This document shows positions 1-9,690 of a stretch of 64,000 bases of DNA, in pieces. Under the pieces are notes generated by a model, which saw only the letters and a list, made by a program, of their open reading frames with translations, was not told the origin of the DNA and searched no databases. This DNA is from an uncultured bacterium (GTDB lineage: Bacteria; Patescibacteriota; Saccharimonadia; Saccharimonadales; UBA4665). Made by a program: the position numbers and the translations under genes. Position 1 is the first letter of the stretch, and each line of letters begins with the position of its first letter. The DNA is taken from positions 18,365-82,364 of the forward strand of contig CAXSFI010000001.1 of assembly GCA_964236675.1 (NCBI GenBank), written 5' to 3'.

Positions 1-87
1 AGCTACAGGGGAGGATTATAGCAAATAAATGGCAGCGGGGCTAGTCTGCGAAACATGGTGTGATATACTGCTAGTACTTTAACAATG

Positions 88-243
88 TAAATATACAGAG
101 GCCGCGAGAGATCTAGCTCCATGACCGGTCAGCAACCTGCGGCAAACACGCAAGGTGCTCCATCTAGTCCCGACATTCGGGAAAGATATTGAAATACACT
201 TTTATATATCCTTTCTCGGGCAACACGGGAGAAGGATATTTTT
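88..243 (+). promoter_or_regulatory. Candidate SAM-I (S-box) class riboswitch plus terminator/RBS-sequestering hairpin in the metK leader
   Basis: P1 AATAT(90-94)/ATATT(186-190). AGAG (97-100). K-turn-like ATGA (121-124). AGCAACC(131-137) pairs with GGTGCT(154-159) as in the SAM-I P3, capped by TGCG/CGCA (138-152). P4 is TCCCG/CGGGA (168-182), followed by AAAGAT (182-187). Then ATATCCTTTCTC(206-217) pairs with GAGAAGGATAT(229-239) and covers the GAAGGA RBS, followed by a T-run and ATG at 244. Confidence 0.6.
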
Positions 244-1371
244 ATGTCAGAACCAATCATTACGTTTTTCACCAGTGAATCGGTTTGCGCCGGCCACCCC
301 GACAAGATTTGTGACGCCATCAGCGACGCTATTTTGGACGCCGCGCTGGCACAGGACCCGAATGCTCGTACCGGCATTGAGACTGTAGCCGGGGCTAACA
401 AAATTGCGCTGTTTGGCGAGATCAAAACTTCGGCCGAGCTGAACTTTGAGCATATTGTCCGTGAGAAAGTTAATCAGCTGGGCTACAATGTGCCGGCTTG
501 GGGTTTTAGCCAGGAGTCGGAGTTTAGTAATGACGTGCACCAGCAATCACCAGAGATTGCTATGGGTGTTGACCAGGATGGGGCCGGGGACCAGGGCATG
601 ATGTTTGGCTTCGCCGTAGATGAGACGCCGGAGCTAATGCCGCTGCCGATTGCCATTGCCCAGAGTCTGGCCCGCAAGATTGATGAATGCCGTGAATCTA
701 AAATTTTGGCATGGCTGAGGCCGGATGGTAAAGCTCAGGTCACGGTGCGTTATGAAGACGGCAAGCCGATTGGCATAGAAAAAGTGGTGGCAGCCGTAGC
801 CCACGATGAAGACACTTCAGCCGAGCAGGTCCACGCTGATATCATCGAACACGTTATTACCCCTGTACTGGATTACTACAAGCTAGCGGTACCGAGCAAA
901 GAAAACATTGTCATTAATGGTACTGGTCTGTGGCACATACCGGGCCCGGAATCTGACGCCGGGCTAACCGGACGGAAGATTGTGGTCGATACCTACGGCG
1001 GCTATGCTCGGGTCGGCGGCGGCGCGTTCTCAGGCAAGGACCCAAGTAAAGTTGACCGTTCTGGTGCCTACGCCGCCCGTTTCATTGCCAAGAATATCGT
1101 GGCGGCTGGCCTGGCCACCAAGTGCGAAGTTGGTCTGGCATACGTGATTGGCCAGCCGCGTCCGCTGATGCAGACCATCGAGACGTTTGGTACTGAAACC
1201 GTCAGCCAAGCGGAACTGCATGCTTTCAAAGACCAACTGATTGATACGTCAGTCAAAGGCATCATCGAGCGTCTGGCGCTGCGCCGCCCGATCTACTCAC
1301 AGACTTCGGCATATGGTCACTTCGGCAAAGCCGGTCTGCCTTGGGAAGAAATCGTAGCGCTAGCGGTATAG
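244..1371 (+). CDS. metK: S-adenosylmethionine synthetase
   Basis: 375 aa ORF with FTSESVCAGHPDKICDAISDAILDA, GAGDQGMMFG and GGGAFSGKDPSKVDRS motifs typical of MetK. Confidence 0.97.
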   Translation: MSEPIITFFTSESVCAGHPDKICDAISDAILDAALAQDPNARTGIETVAGANKIALFGEIKTSAELNFEHIVREKVNQLGYNVPAWGFSQESEFSNDVHQQSPEIAMGVDQDGAGDQGMMFGFAVDETPELMPLPIAIAQSLARKIDECRESKILAWLRPDGKAQVTVRYEDGKPIGIEKVVAAVAHDEDTSAEQVHADIIEHVITPVLDYYKLAVPSKENIVINGTGLWHIPGPESDAGLTGRKIVVDTYGGYARVGGGAFSGKDPSKVDRSGAYAARFIAKNIVAAGLATKCEVGLAYVIGQPRPLMQTIETFGTETVSQAELHAFKDQLIDTSVKGIIERLALRRPIYSQTSAYGHFGKAGLPWEEIVALAV

Positions 1372-1632
1372 TGGGGGATTATGCCTCGCCGCCCGTTGAC
1401 GTTTCAACGAACCATTCTTGCCACCGCGCCGGGGATCTTGTATTGTTCCTGGCCACTCGGTGCTCTGCTCAACGACTGGCCTGACTATTAATATTATTGC
1501 CTTGTGGACGGCAGCAATACCTTACATGGTCCAGCGATCATTTCGATGACAGCCGGTGTTCAATCAATATCGCGAAGCCGGAAATCGCAGAAGGCCAGTA
1601 AGTTAGTCACTTTGTAGCTTTAGTGACGAATC

Positions 1633-2808
1633 CTAATTGAAGAAGTTACTGCCGCTCAGCTCGTCGGGGAGAAAGCCCTTTGGGTGCTGAAAGTTGGCTT
1701 CCCACTTGGTACCTTTACCATAGCCAAGATCTTTCATAAGTTTGGTCGGGGCATTGCGTAGGTGAATGGGGACTGGCAGGTCAGGGTAGTCGCGGGCGGC
1801 GCTCATGGCCGCCGACATAGCGTCGGCGACTTCACGGGATTTTTGGGCTTTAGCGAGGACTGATGCGCAGTGGAAGAGGGCGTAGTTACCTTCGGGCAAG
1901 CCGATGCGCTCGATGGCCATAAATGTCGATAGCGCTAGGTTGAGCGCTGCCGGGGCCGCCAGGCCAATATCCTCAGATGCAAAGATGACCATCCGTCGAG
2001 CGATGAACTTGGGATCTTCGCCGGCTTGAAGCATGCGCGCCAGGTAGTAGAGCGTGGCGTTGGCATCGGAGCCGCGCATGCTTTTAATAAAGGCGCTGAT
2101 GACGTTGTAGTGGTATTCGCCTTTTTTATCGTAGCCGGGCAGGCGACTTTGGGCGGCGGTCTCCACGACCTGCGGCGTGATAGATTTGCCGACGGCCAGC
2201 TGAACCGATAGCTCCAGATTCCCAAGCGCCACCCGGGCATCGCCACCGGATAATTCAGCTAGTAATTCCAAGCTCTTGGGCGGTATCTTAATCTTCTCAG
2301 CTTTGGCCGCACGCTTCAGGATGTCCATAATGGCGTCTTTGTCGAGCGGTTCCAGTACCAGTACCCGCGAACGACTGAGCAGGGGATTAATAACTTCAAA
2401 ACTGGGATTTTCGGTGGTCGCGCCAATTAGAATAATCGTGCCGTCTTCGACGTGCGGCAAAAAGGCGTCTTGCTGGGCTTTGTTGAAGCGGTGGATTTCA
2501 TCAACAAACAAGATGGTTTGCATGCCTAAGCGTTGATTCTGCTGCGCCCGCTCGACCGTTTTTAGTACGTCAGCTTTGCCGGCGGTAACGGCTGATAGCT
2601 CCATAAACTCGGCACCGGTCTCACGTGCAATGATCCGTGCCAGCGTAGTTTTACCACTGCCGGGCGGCCCCCATAGGATCAGACTGGTCGGTTGCTTGTG
2701 CTCGATGATCTCATGAATAATTTTGCCAGCGCCCACTAGATGGGCCTGCCCCAGCACATCGCTCAGTTGTTCCGGCCGCTGCCGTTCCGCTAGAGGTCTC
2801 GTATTCAT
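1633..2808 (-). CDS. rarA: Replication-associated recombination protein A (AAA+ ATPase)
   Basis: 391 aa. Walker A LILWGPPGSGKTTLARIIA, ILFVDEIHRFNKAQQDAFLPHVE, MgsA-type C-terminal domain. Confidence 0.93.
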   Translation of the reverse strand: MNTRPLAERQRPEQLSDVLGQAHLVGAGKIIHEIIEHKQPTSLILWGPPGSGKTTLARIIARETGAEFMELSAVTAGKADVLKTVERAQQNQRLGMQTILFVDEIHRFNKAQQDAFLPHVEDGTIILIGATTENPSFEVINPLLSRSRVLVLEPLDKDAIMDILKRAAKAEKIKIPPKSLELLAELSGGDARVALGNLELSVQLAVGKSITPQVVETAAQSRLPGYDKKGEYHYNVISAFIKSMRGSDANATLYYLARMLQAGEDPKFIARRMVIFASEDIGLAAPAALNLALSTFMAIERIGLPEGNYALFHCASVLAKAQKSREVADAMSAAMSAARDYPDLPVPIHLRNAPTKLMKDLGYGKGTKWEANFQHPKGFLPDELSGSNFFN

Positions 2809-2887
2809 ACAGTTAGTATAAACGCTGACTTCTTAAATCCAGATTAAATTAGTTGAGCTAAACGGGCCAGGCTGCGATACTAGAGGT

Positions 2888-4174
2888 ATGAATACGATAA
2901 CTTGCAAGAGCTGTGGTGAAGTGATTGAGATCGACAAAGCTCTCGAAGGCCAGATTGAGGCCAGAGTGCTGGCTGCCGAACGTCACAAACACCAGGCCGA
3001 GCTAGTGCGCGTTCAAGCCGAGTCCGCAGCCGCTGCCCGACGCTCTGCTGAAGCGGCTATGAAACTTGCCAAAAGCGAGGCTGAAACCGAGCTGGAGATC
3101 GTTAAAAAGCGCCTGGAATCCGAAGTACTGTCAGCCCAGAAAAAAGCTGCTGCCGAATCTGAGCTGACACTCAAACAGCTTCGTGAAGATAACACGAGCG
3201 CTGAACAGGAAAAGAAGCAGTTGCGTGACCAGCTAACCGAGCTGACCAAAGCTGTCCGCGAGGCCAACCGGGCCAAAGATAATGCCGAACTTGATATGCA
3301 GAAAAAGCTAGCCGCAGAAGAGTCCAAAATTCGTGATGAAGCAACCCGACTGGCGGATGAAAAACAGCGCTTAAACCTGGCAGCCAAGGACAAACAGTTG
3401 CAGGATGCCATGCGCGTCAATGAAGAGCTACAGCGTAAACTGCAGCAGGGTTCGCAGCAGATGCAGGGTGAGATAATGGAGCTGGACTTCGAAGCGGCAC
3501 TTACCAACGCTTTTCGTGATGACGACATAGAGCCAGTAGCCAAGGGGGTGAAAGGCGGCGATGTCAGCCAGTTGGTACGCAGCCCGCGCGGCACTGCCTG
3601 TGGCATGATCCTCTGGGAGATCAAACGTACCAAAAACTGGGTCGATGGCTGGATTCCCAAGCTAAAGCAGGACATGCGTGACGCCAAAGCCGTGGTTGCT
3701 GTTATTATCACCGAATCTATGCCCAAGCAGATCGAAGCCGACATCGGTTATCACCAAGGTATATGGGTGGCAAAACCAAGTCTGGCGATAGTGCTGGCCA
3801 GCCTGCTGCGCAAAAGCCTACTTGACGTCGGGCTGGAAAAAGCCCGGACAGAGCATCAGGGCGGTAAAGCCGAGGCTCTGTATAACTTTGTGACCAGCCA
3901 CGAGTTTATTCAGCAGGTCGAACTGATGGTCGAGACGTACCAGGAAATGAATCTGCAGGTCCAAAAAGAGCGAGTCGCCTACGAACGTCTGTGGTCGCAG
4001 CGCGAAAAGCAGGCCCAGAAGTTGCTACTAGGCACGGCTAATATCATCGGCAGTATTCAGGGGAACATCGGCCAGGCGGCCATGCCGAGGATAAAAGGAC
4101 TGGAGTTAGAGAATGATATGCTCGACGAGCCCGATGCGGCTGAACCAACACCCAGCCAACCGTCATTATTGTAA
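2888..4174 (+). CDS. DUF2130 family protein (CxxC N-terminus, long coiled coil, C-terminal nuclease-like domain)
   Basis: 428 aa. N-terminal CKSCGE, roughly 200 aa of E/K/Q/A-rich coiled coil. The C-terminal GDVSQLVRSPRGTACGMILWEIKRTKNW..KLKQDMRDAKA block is as I recall for DUF2130. Confidence 0.75.
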   Translation: MNTITCKSCGEVIEIDKALEGQIEARVLAAERHKHQAELVRVQAESAAAARRSAEAAMKLAKSEAETELEIVKKRLESEVLSAQKKAAAESELTLKQLREDNTSAEQEKKQLRDQLTELTKAVREANRAKDNAELDMQKKLAAEESKIRDEATRLADEKQRLNLAAKDKQLQDAMRVNEELQRKLQQGSQQMQGEIMELDFEAALTNAFRDDDIEPVAKGVKGGDVSQLVRSPRGTACGMILWEIKRTKNWVDGWIPKLKQDMRDAKAVVAVIITESMPKQIEADIGYHQGIWVAKPSLAIVLASLLRKSLLDVGLEKARTEHQGGKAEALYNFVTSHEFIQQVELMVETYQEMNLQVQKERVAYERLWSQREKQAQKLLLGTANIIGSIQGNIGQAAMPRIKGLELENDMLDEPDAAEPTPSQPSLL

Positions 4175-4183
4175 TCTGCCACA

Positions 4184-5173
4184 TTGGCAACGGAGGTGAT
4201 ATCATATAGCAATATGACCACCCGCGATTACGTTATCACAGCTGCTGGCCTGACTAAGTCATATGGCACCAATCACGTCCTGAAAGGTATTAGCCTCAAA
4301 GTCGAGCGTGGCACCATGCTGGCTTTATTAGGTCCGAACGGTGCCGGCAAAACCACGACGGTGCGCATTCTCAGCACCTTACTGAAAGCTGATAAAGGCA
4401 GTGTAACGGTTGAAGGTTACGATACGGTCAAAGACGGTGATAAGGTCCGCAGTGTCATCGGTCTCACCGGCCAGTCGGCGGCCGTCGATGAACTACTCAC
4501 CGGTCGCGAAAACCTGGTCATGATGGGCAAACTCTATCGTCTGACCACAGCTAGTGCCAAAGCCCGAGCGGCTGAACTGCTCGAAGAGTTCGACTTGACT
4601 AAAGCCGCCGACCGCCCGGCTAAAACTTATAGCGGTGGCATGCGGCGGCGTCTCGACCTGGCCGTTAGCCTGATCGCCGCACCACCAGTTATCTTCTTGG
4701 ACGAGCCAACTACCGGCTTGGATCCGCGCTCGCGCCTAAGTATGTGGGCCATTATTAACGAACTCAAAGCCAAAGGCACAACTATTCTTTTAACGACTCA
4801 ATACCTTGATGAGGCTGACCAGCTGGCCGACAACATCATCGTGATTGATGGCGGCAAAGTCATTGCTGAGGGTACCAGCAGTCAGTTGAAAGCTAAAGTC
4901 GGCAAAGACCGTCTGGAAGTCAGCTTCAAAGATGCCCAGACCGTTGCGGCCGCCGCGAAAACTCTGGGCAAAAATGTTGTCGACACCAACGAAAAAGAAA
5001 ACTCGTTGACCGTTGTGCTGAATGACACCAACAAGGACCTACGCAGAGTCCTCGATAGCCTGGCCAGCGCTAAGCTCGAACTGACGGGCATGGCGGTTCA
5101 CAAGCCGACGCTTGATGACGTATTCCTTAGCCTGACCGGCAAAGTAAAACCGGGACTGGGGAAGGATAAATAA
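4184..5173 (+). CDS. ABC transporter ATP-binding protein (DrrA/ABC-2 subfamily)
   Basis: Walker A GPNGAGKTT, signature YSGGMRRRL, Walker B VIFLDEPTTGLD. Start uncertain (TTG 4184, GTG 4196 or ATG 4214). Confidence 0.9.
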   Translation: MATEVISYSNMTTRDYVITAAGLTKSYGTNHVLKGISLKVERGTMLALLGPNGAGKTTTVRILSTLLKADKGSVTVEGYDTVKDGDKVRSVIGLTGQSAAVDELLTGRENLVMMGKLYRLTTASAKARAAELLEEFDLTKAADRPAKTYSGGMRRRLDLAVSLIAAPPVIFLDEPTTGLDPRSRLSMWAIINELKAKGTTILLTTQYLDEADQLADNIIVIDGGKVIAEGTSSQLKAKVGKDRLEVSFKDAQTVAAAAKTLGKNVVDTNEKENSLTVVLNDTNKDLRRVLDSLASAKLELTGMAVHKPTLDDVFLSLTGKVKPGLGKDK

Positions 5174-5175
5174 CC

Positions 5176-5985
5176 ATGGCAGTCGAACTACAATTCGAGA
5201 ACAAACCAAAAGCTGTCATGAACTTCGTTGACGCTTGGACAATGATCAAGCGCAGCAGCACTCATATACTGCGCAACCGCGACCAACTGCTTGGTACTTT
5301 TTTCCAGCCGATCATGTTCCTGGTGCTGTTCGCGACCGTCTTTGGCGGTGCCATCTCCAAAGCCTTGCCACCCGGCGTCTCCTATTTGAATTTCTTAATG
5401 GCCGGCATCATTATCCAGACCATCGCCTTCGGCTCGACCACCACGGCCATTGCTATCTGCAACGACCTCAGTAAGGGTATTGTCGACCGCTTCCGGTCAC
5501 TGCCCATGAACAATCTGGCCGTGCTGACCGGCCATGTCATATCTGATCTGTTGCGCAATATTATTTCACTGGTGGTGATGGTTATTACCGGCCTGATCAT
5601 TGGCTTTCGGCCGCACGCTAACCTCACCGGCTGGTTGGCCATCATTGGCATCGTGCTGCTGTTCACCTTGGCTTTCTCATGGCTATCGGCCATCGTCGGC
5701 GTCTTTGCCAAATCCGTTGAAGCTGTCCAGTGGCTGACATTTGTGATTGTCTTCCCGCTGACCTTTGCTTCGAGCGCTTTCGTACCGACCGACAGCATGA
5801 ATGCCGGCCTCAAAGCTTTCGCCGTTAATCAACCCATCACCCAGATCGTCGAAGCCATCCGGGCCCTCATCCTCGGTAAACCGCTTCACAACCACGGTTA
5901 CCTGGCAGTCATCTGGTGCCTCGGCATCCTGGCCGTCTCAATACCTTTCGCTTCCTACCTCTTCTCTCGCCGCGCCGGCCAATAA
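5176..5985 (+). CDS. ABC-2 type transporter permease
   Basis: 269 aa, about 6 predicted TM helices, begins 3 nt after the ATPase gene. Typical DrrB-like arrangement. Confidence 0.85.
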   Translation: MAVELQFENKPKAVMNFVDAWTMIKRSSTHILRNRDQLLGTFFQPIMFLVLFATVFGGAISKALPPGVSYLNFLMAGIIIQTIAFGSTTTAIAICNDLSKGIVDRFRSLPMNNLAVLTGHVISDLLRNIISLVVMVITGLIIGFRPHANLTGWLAIIGIVLLFTLAFSWLSAIVGVFAKSVEAVQWLTFVIVFPLTFASSAFVPTDSMNAGLKAFAVNQPITQIVEAIRALILGKPLHNHGYLAVIWCLGILAVSIPFASYLFSRRAGQ

Positions 5986-6011
5986 TCGATATTTGTAAAT
6001 GCCCACAGGCA

Positions 6012-6040
6012 TTGCCTAACAGATTGGCTTATGCTATAAT
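6012..6040 (+). promoter_or_regulatory. Sigma-70-like promoter for typA (TTGCCT-17-TATAAT)
   Basis: TTGCCT 6012-6017, 17 nt spacer, TATAAT 6035-6040, about 48 nt upstream of the typA ATG. Confidence 0.5.
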
Positions 6041-6088
6041 TACAGATAAGAAAGCTGGCGCGAGCTAAATCAGCGCTATTTTAATGTT

Positions 6089-7912
6089 ATGAGCCTGCAA
6101 GACCCCACAAAGATCCGAAACATCGCTATTATCGCCCACGTTGACCATGGCAAGACGACGCTGGTTGATGGCCTATTGAAGCAGAGCCAGACCTTCCGCG
6201 ACAATCAGGCCGAGATGAGTCAGGAACTGATTATGGACAGCGGCGATCAGGAAAAAGAACGCGGTATTACTATTACGGCTAAGGTGACGGCGGTGCAGCA
6301 CAATGACTATCGGATCAACATTATTGATACCCCAGGGCACGCCGACTTCTCCGGTGAAGTCGAGCGGACGCTGAACCTGGCTGACGGCTGCCTCTTGATC
6401 GTTGACGCCCAGGAAGGCCCGATGCCGCAGACGAAGTTTGTGCTGGGTAAGGCGCTGGCGGCGGAGCTGTCACCCATCGTTATTATCAACAAGATCGATA
6501 AGCCGGGCTCGCGGATTGCTGAGGTCGAAGACGAGTTGGCTGATCTGTTCCTGGAGCTGGCCGTGCATGAAGATCAGCTGCACTATCCTGTCTACTACGC
6601 CATTGGCCGGGCTGGTAAGGCCTGGAACACGCCACCGGCCGATCCGGAAGCTGACGCTGATCTGGAGCCGATTTTCCAGGCTGTCATCGACAAGGTGCCG
6701 GCACCAAGTGTCGAGCTCGACAAGCCATTCCAGATGCTGGTGACCGCCCTCGGTCACGACACCTTCAAGGGCAAGTACTCAATCGGTCGGATTACCCGCG
6801 GTACCATCAAGCCCGGCGAGCAGGTCACGCTTTGCAAGAAAGATGGCAGCTTTACTAAGTCTAAGGTTGATAACGTCTTCATGAGCCGTGGTGTGTCCAA
6901 GTTCGAAGTAGATGGTGGTATTGCTGGTGACATCGTCCAGCTGACCGGCATCAGCGATGCCCAGATTGGTGAGACTATTTGCCACGTGGACCACCCGGAT
7001 GCCTTACCAACCATTGAAGTAGAAGCACCGACACTGCGTATCTATATGGGTCCGAACACCAGTCCATTCAAAGGTCAGGAAGGTGAGTTTAACACTTCGC
7101 GCCAGATCGCTGAGCGTTTGGCAAAAGAGACCGAGACCAATGTTGGTCTGCAGGTCGAAGAAAACGGCATCGGCTTCACGGTGGCCGGTAAGGGCGAATT
7201 GCACCTCGGTGTGCTTATAGAAACTATGCGCCGTGAAGGCTATGAGTTCGAAGTTGGCCGCCCGCAGGTCGTCACCAAAGAAGAAAACGGTAAGACTATG
7301 GAGCCAATCGAAGAAGTTATTATCGAAGTGCCAGCTGAACACGTCGGTTCGGTGCAGATGGAGCTCGGCCAGCGCCGGGCAGTGCTCAAAGAGCAATTCG
7401 CCAGCCCCAAGGGTGTTACCAAGCTGGTCTACACCATGCCGACGCGGGCATTACTCGGCATGCGCAACATACTGCTGACCAACACCAAAGGTACGATTGT
7501 CATGAACTCTTTGACCATCGGTTACGAAGAGCAGGGCAGTGCCTTGCAGCAGATCCGCTCCGGGGTGTTGATTAGCTTCAGCACCGGCACCAGCACACCA
7601 TATTCGCTGCAGAATGCCGAAGCCCGCGGCACGACTTTCATTGGTCCAGCCGAAAAGGTCTACGCCGGTCAGATTATCGGCCTCAACACCCGAAGTGAAG
7701 ACATGGAAATCAATATCTGCAAGCCGAAGCAGCTGACCAATATGCGTACCAGCTCGAGCGATGGTGTAGTCCAGCTGACGCCGCCGACTATCTTCAGCCT
7801 GGAGCAGTGTCTCGACTTTTTGGAGAATGACGAACTGCTGGAAGTCACCCCCCTGAATCTGCGCATGCGTAAGCGTGAACTTGACCCCAACAAGCGCAAA
7901 CGCAACAAATAG
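6089..7912 (+). CDS. typA: Translational GTPase TypA/BipA
   Basis: 607 aa. [27 protein letters not shown] and NKID GTPase motifs, with an EF-G-like domain order. Confidence 0.95.
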   Translation: MSLQDPTKIRNIAIIAHVDHGKTTLVDGLLKQSQTFRDNQAEMSQELIMDSGDQEKERGITITAKVTAVQHNDYRINIIDTPGHADFSGEVERTLNLADGCLLIVDAQEGPMPQTKFVLGKALAAELSPIVIINKIDKPGSRIAEVEDELADLFLELAVHEDQLHYPVYYAIGRAGKAWNTPPADPEADADLEPIFQAVIDKVPAPSVELDKPFQMLVTALGHDTFKGKYSIGRITRGTIKPGEQVTLCKKDGSFTKSKVDNVFMSRGVSKFEVDGGIAGDIVQLTGISDAQIGETICHVDHPDALPTIEVEAPTLRIYMGPNTSPFKGQEGEFNTSRQIAERLAKETETNVGLQVEENGIGFTVAGKGELHLGVLIETMRREGYEFEVGRPQVVTKEENGKTMEPIEEVIIEVPAEHVGSVQMELGQRRAVLKEQFASPKGVTKLVYTMPTRALLGMRNILLTNTKGTIVMNSLTIGYEEQGSALQQIRSGVLISFSTGTSTPYSLQNAEARGTTFIGPAEKVYAGQIIGLNTRSEDMEINICKPKQLTNMRTSSSDGVVQLTPPTIFSLEQCLDFLENDELLEVTPLNLRMRKRELDPNKRKRNK

Positions 7913-7933
7913 CGTATATACTAACAGGTAGTC

Positions 7934-9004
7934 ATGCTCTCCAATCTGTTTCACCGTAATCTACGTGCCCGCGACAACTTAGAACTATTTCTGTTGGCGG
8001 CGGTCAGCAGTCTGCTGTTGCTGCGTTTTTTTTTGAAGCTAACCGGCTATCCGCAGGTGGGTGGCGGCACGCTGCATATCGCCCACATGTTGTACGGTGG
8101 CTTGTTTATGATGGCGGCCATTGTGCTGATGATCAGCTTTATTGGTTCGCGGCTGCAGCGCTTCGCGGCACTGCTGGGTGGCATCGGCTTTGGCATATTT
8201 ATCGACGAACTCGGCAAGTTTATTACCAAGGATAACAATTACTTCTTTCGCCCAACCGTTGGTATTATCTACGCGGTGTTTATGGCGCTCTATCTGTTAT
8301 TTAACTTTATTAGCCGCAATCAGCCGACTAGCTCGCGCGGTTACCAGCTCAATGCGTTGGTGCAGCTGGAAGATGCGATTCTGAACGACATGGACCGCAC
8401 TGAAAAGCGCCGGGCCAAACAACTGTTAGCCGCGGCTGATCAGGACGATCAGATTACGCAGCAGCTACAGGCCATGTTGGCAGCCATTAAGACAGTGCCG
8501 AACCCTGACTCCAGGTTGCAGCGAGTTCGGGAACGGCTCAGCACATCCTACCAGCGCTTTTGGCGCCTGCGTGGCTCCAATCAAGCTATTAGCCTGATTT
8601 TCATTGTTGAAGCAATTATATTTTTAGTGGTGATCTTTGGCACAGTCGTACATAATCTGAGTGTTCTGACGACATTCTTGCAGGCACAGAATTACCACAG
8701 TCAGCTACTGGTTGGCCAATTGGTCAGCTCATTGGTGGCGGCCGGTTATGCGATTGTCGGGGCCACACGGTTGCCAGGTTCGCGGGCAATTGGCTTTGAA
8801 TGGTTTCGGCGGGCCACCCTGGTAACCATATTTCTGACGCAGTTCTTTATTTTTACTCGCATTCAGTTTGGTGCCATCCCTGGGTTTATTGTCAATTTAG
8901 CGCTGCTGGCCAGTTTGAACTTCGCCATCGATCAGGAGCATCGCAGCGGCCATGCTTATACAAAGCTAGCCAAAGAGAAAAAGCTTACAGCCAAGCTCCA
9001 GTAA
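7934..9004 (+). CDS. Conserved integral membrane protein, function unknown
   Basis: 356 aa with several hydrophobic helices. HIAHMLYGGLFM and GIFIDELGKFITKDNNYFF blocks. No catalytic motif recognised. Confidence 0.6.
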   Translation: MLSNLFHRNLRARDNLELFLLAAVSSLLLLRFFLKLTGYPQVGGGTLHIAHMLYGGLFMMAAIVLMISFIGSRLQRFAALLGGIGFGIFIDELGKFITKDNNYFFRPTVGIIYAVFMALYLLFNFISRNQPTSSRGYQLNALVQLEDAILNDMDRTEKRRAKQLLAAADQDDQITQQLQAMLAAIKTVPNPDSRLQRVRERLSTSYQRFWRLRGSNQAISLIFIVEAIIFLVVIFGTVVHNLSVLTTFLQAQNYHSQLLVGQLVSSLVAAGYAIVGATRLPGSRAIGFEWFRRATLVTIFLTQFFIFTRIQFGAIPGFIVNLALLASLNFAIDQEHRSGHAYTKLAKEKKLTAKLQ

Positions 9005-9060
9005 GCGGCTCTATGATGAGCCCATTAGCAAGCATGAGCGGGTAAGCAGGGGGTATAGCG

Positions 9061-9672
9061 ATGGCAGGATTCATACATTACGATGATGGTACAGAATTAT
9101 TTGAGGCCTGCCTGGCCCAAGCAACGGCGGTAGTCAAACAAGTCCGGTTTGATCATTTTGTTAATTCCACCCCTGATAATGAATGGAATGTCCGCGATCT
9201 ATTGGGGCATATGTTGTATGAACTCAGCTGGGTGCCTGACATACTGGACGGTCTGACCATCGATGAGGTCGGCAAAAAGTACAGTGGCAATCTGATTGGT
9301 GATGACGACGTTGACCTAAGCATCAACTGGCAAACTGCGGTCGACATGGCCGAGCGAGCCCTGGCTGATAGTGACCCCGAAGAAACGGCTCACCTTAGCT
9401 ATGGTGATGTAACAATCGATGAATATCTGACGCAGGCTGCCAGTGACCAGCTGATCCATGCCTGGGACCTGGGCAAGGCCATAGGTGTACCGGTACAGAT
9501 TGATGATCAATTGGCCAAAATATTATACGAAGCTACGGCGCCTCACAAGCAGCAGTTGCAGGCCAGCGGACTGTTTGCACCAGAAGTAGAGGTGATTGGT
9601 GATGTTGATATCCAGACGCGATTGCTGGCCCTGTTCGGCCGCCGCGCCGACTGGCAAGCTCAGGCTATGTAA
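9061..9672 (+). CDS. DinB-superfamily / TIGR03086-like metal-binding protein (mycothiol maleylpyruvate isomerase N-terminal domain type)
   Basis: 203 aa. EWNVRDLLGHML, DQLIHAWDLGKAIG and C-terminal LLALFGRR match my recollection of the actinobacterial TIGR03086 family. Confidence 0.65.
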   Translation: MAGFIHYDDGTELFEACLAQATAVVKQVRFDHFVNSTPDNEWNVRDLLGHMLYELSWVPDILDGLTIDEVGKKYSGNLIGDDDVDLSINWQTAVDMAERALADSDPEETAHLSYGDVTIDEYLTQAASDQLIHAWDLGKAIGVPVQIDDQLAKILYEATAPHKQQLQASGLFAPEVEVIGDVDIQTRLLALFGRRADWQAQAM

Positions 9673-9690
9673 TTACTACGAGCAGCCCAG

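Noticed and set aside
1381-1617. 36-codon ORF after metK (MPRRPLTF...NDWPDY), with the same frame reopening after a TAA for about 40 more codons. Possible remnant of a decayed gene.
   Set aside because: It is too short and has no recognisable motif. It could equally be random open frame in a GC-normal convergent spacer. I could not support it without a homology search.
3013-3744. 243 aa Ser/Ala/Cys-rich ORF on the minus strand
   Set aside because: It is antisense to the DUF2130 coiled-coil region. The biased composition is the mirror image of the E/K/A/Q-rich sense frame.
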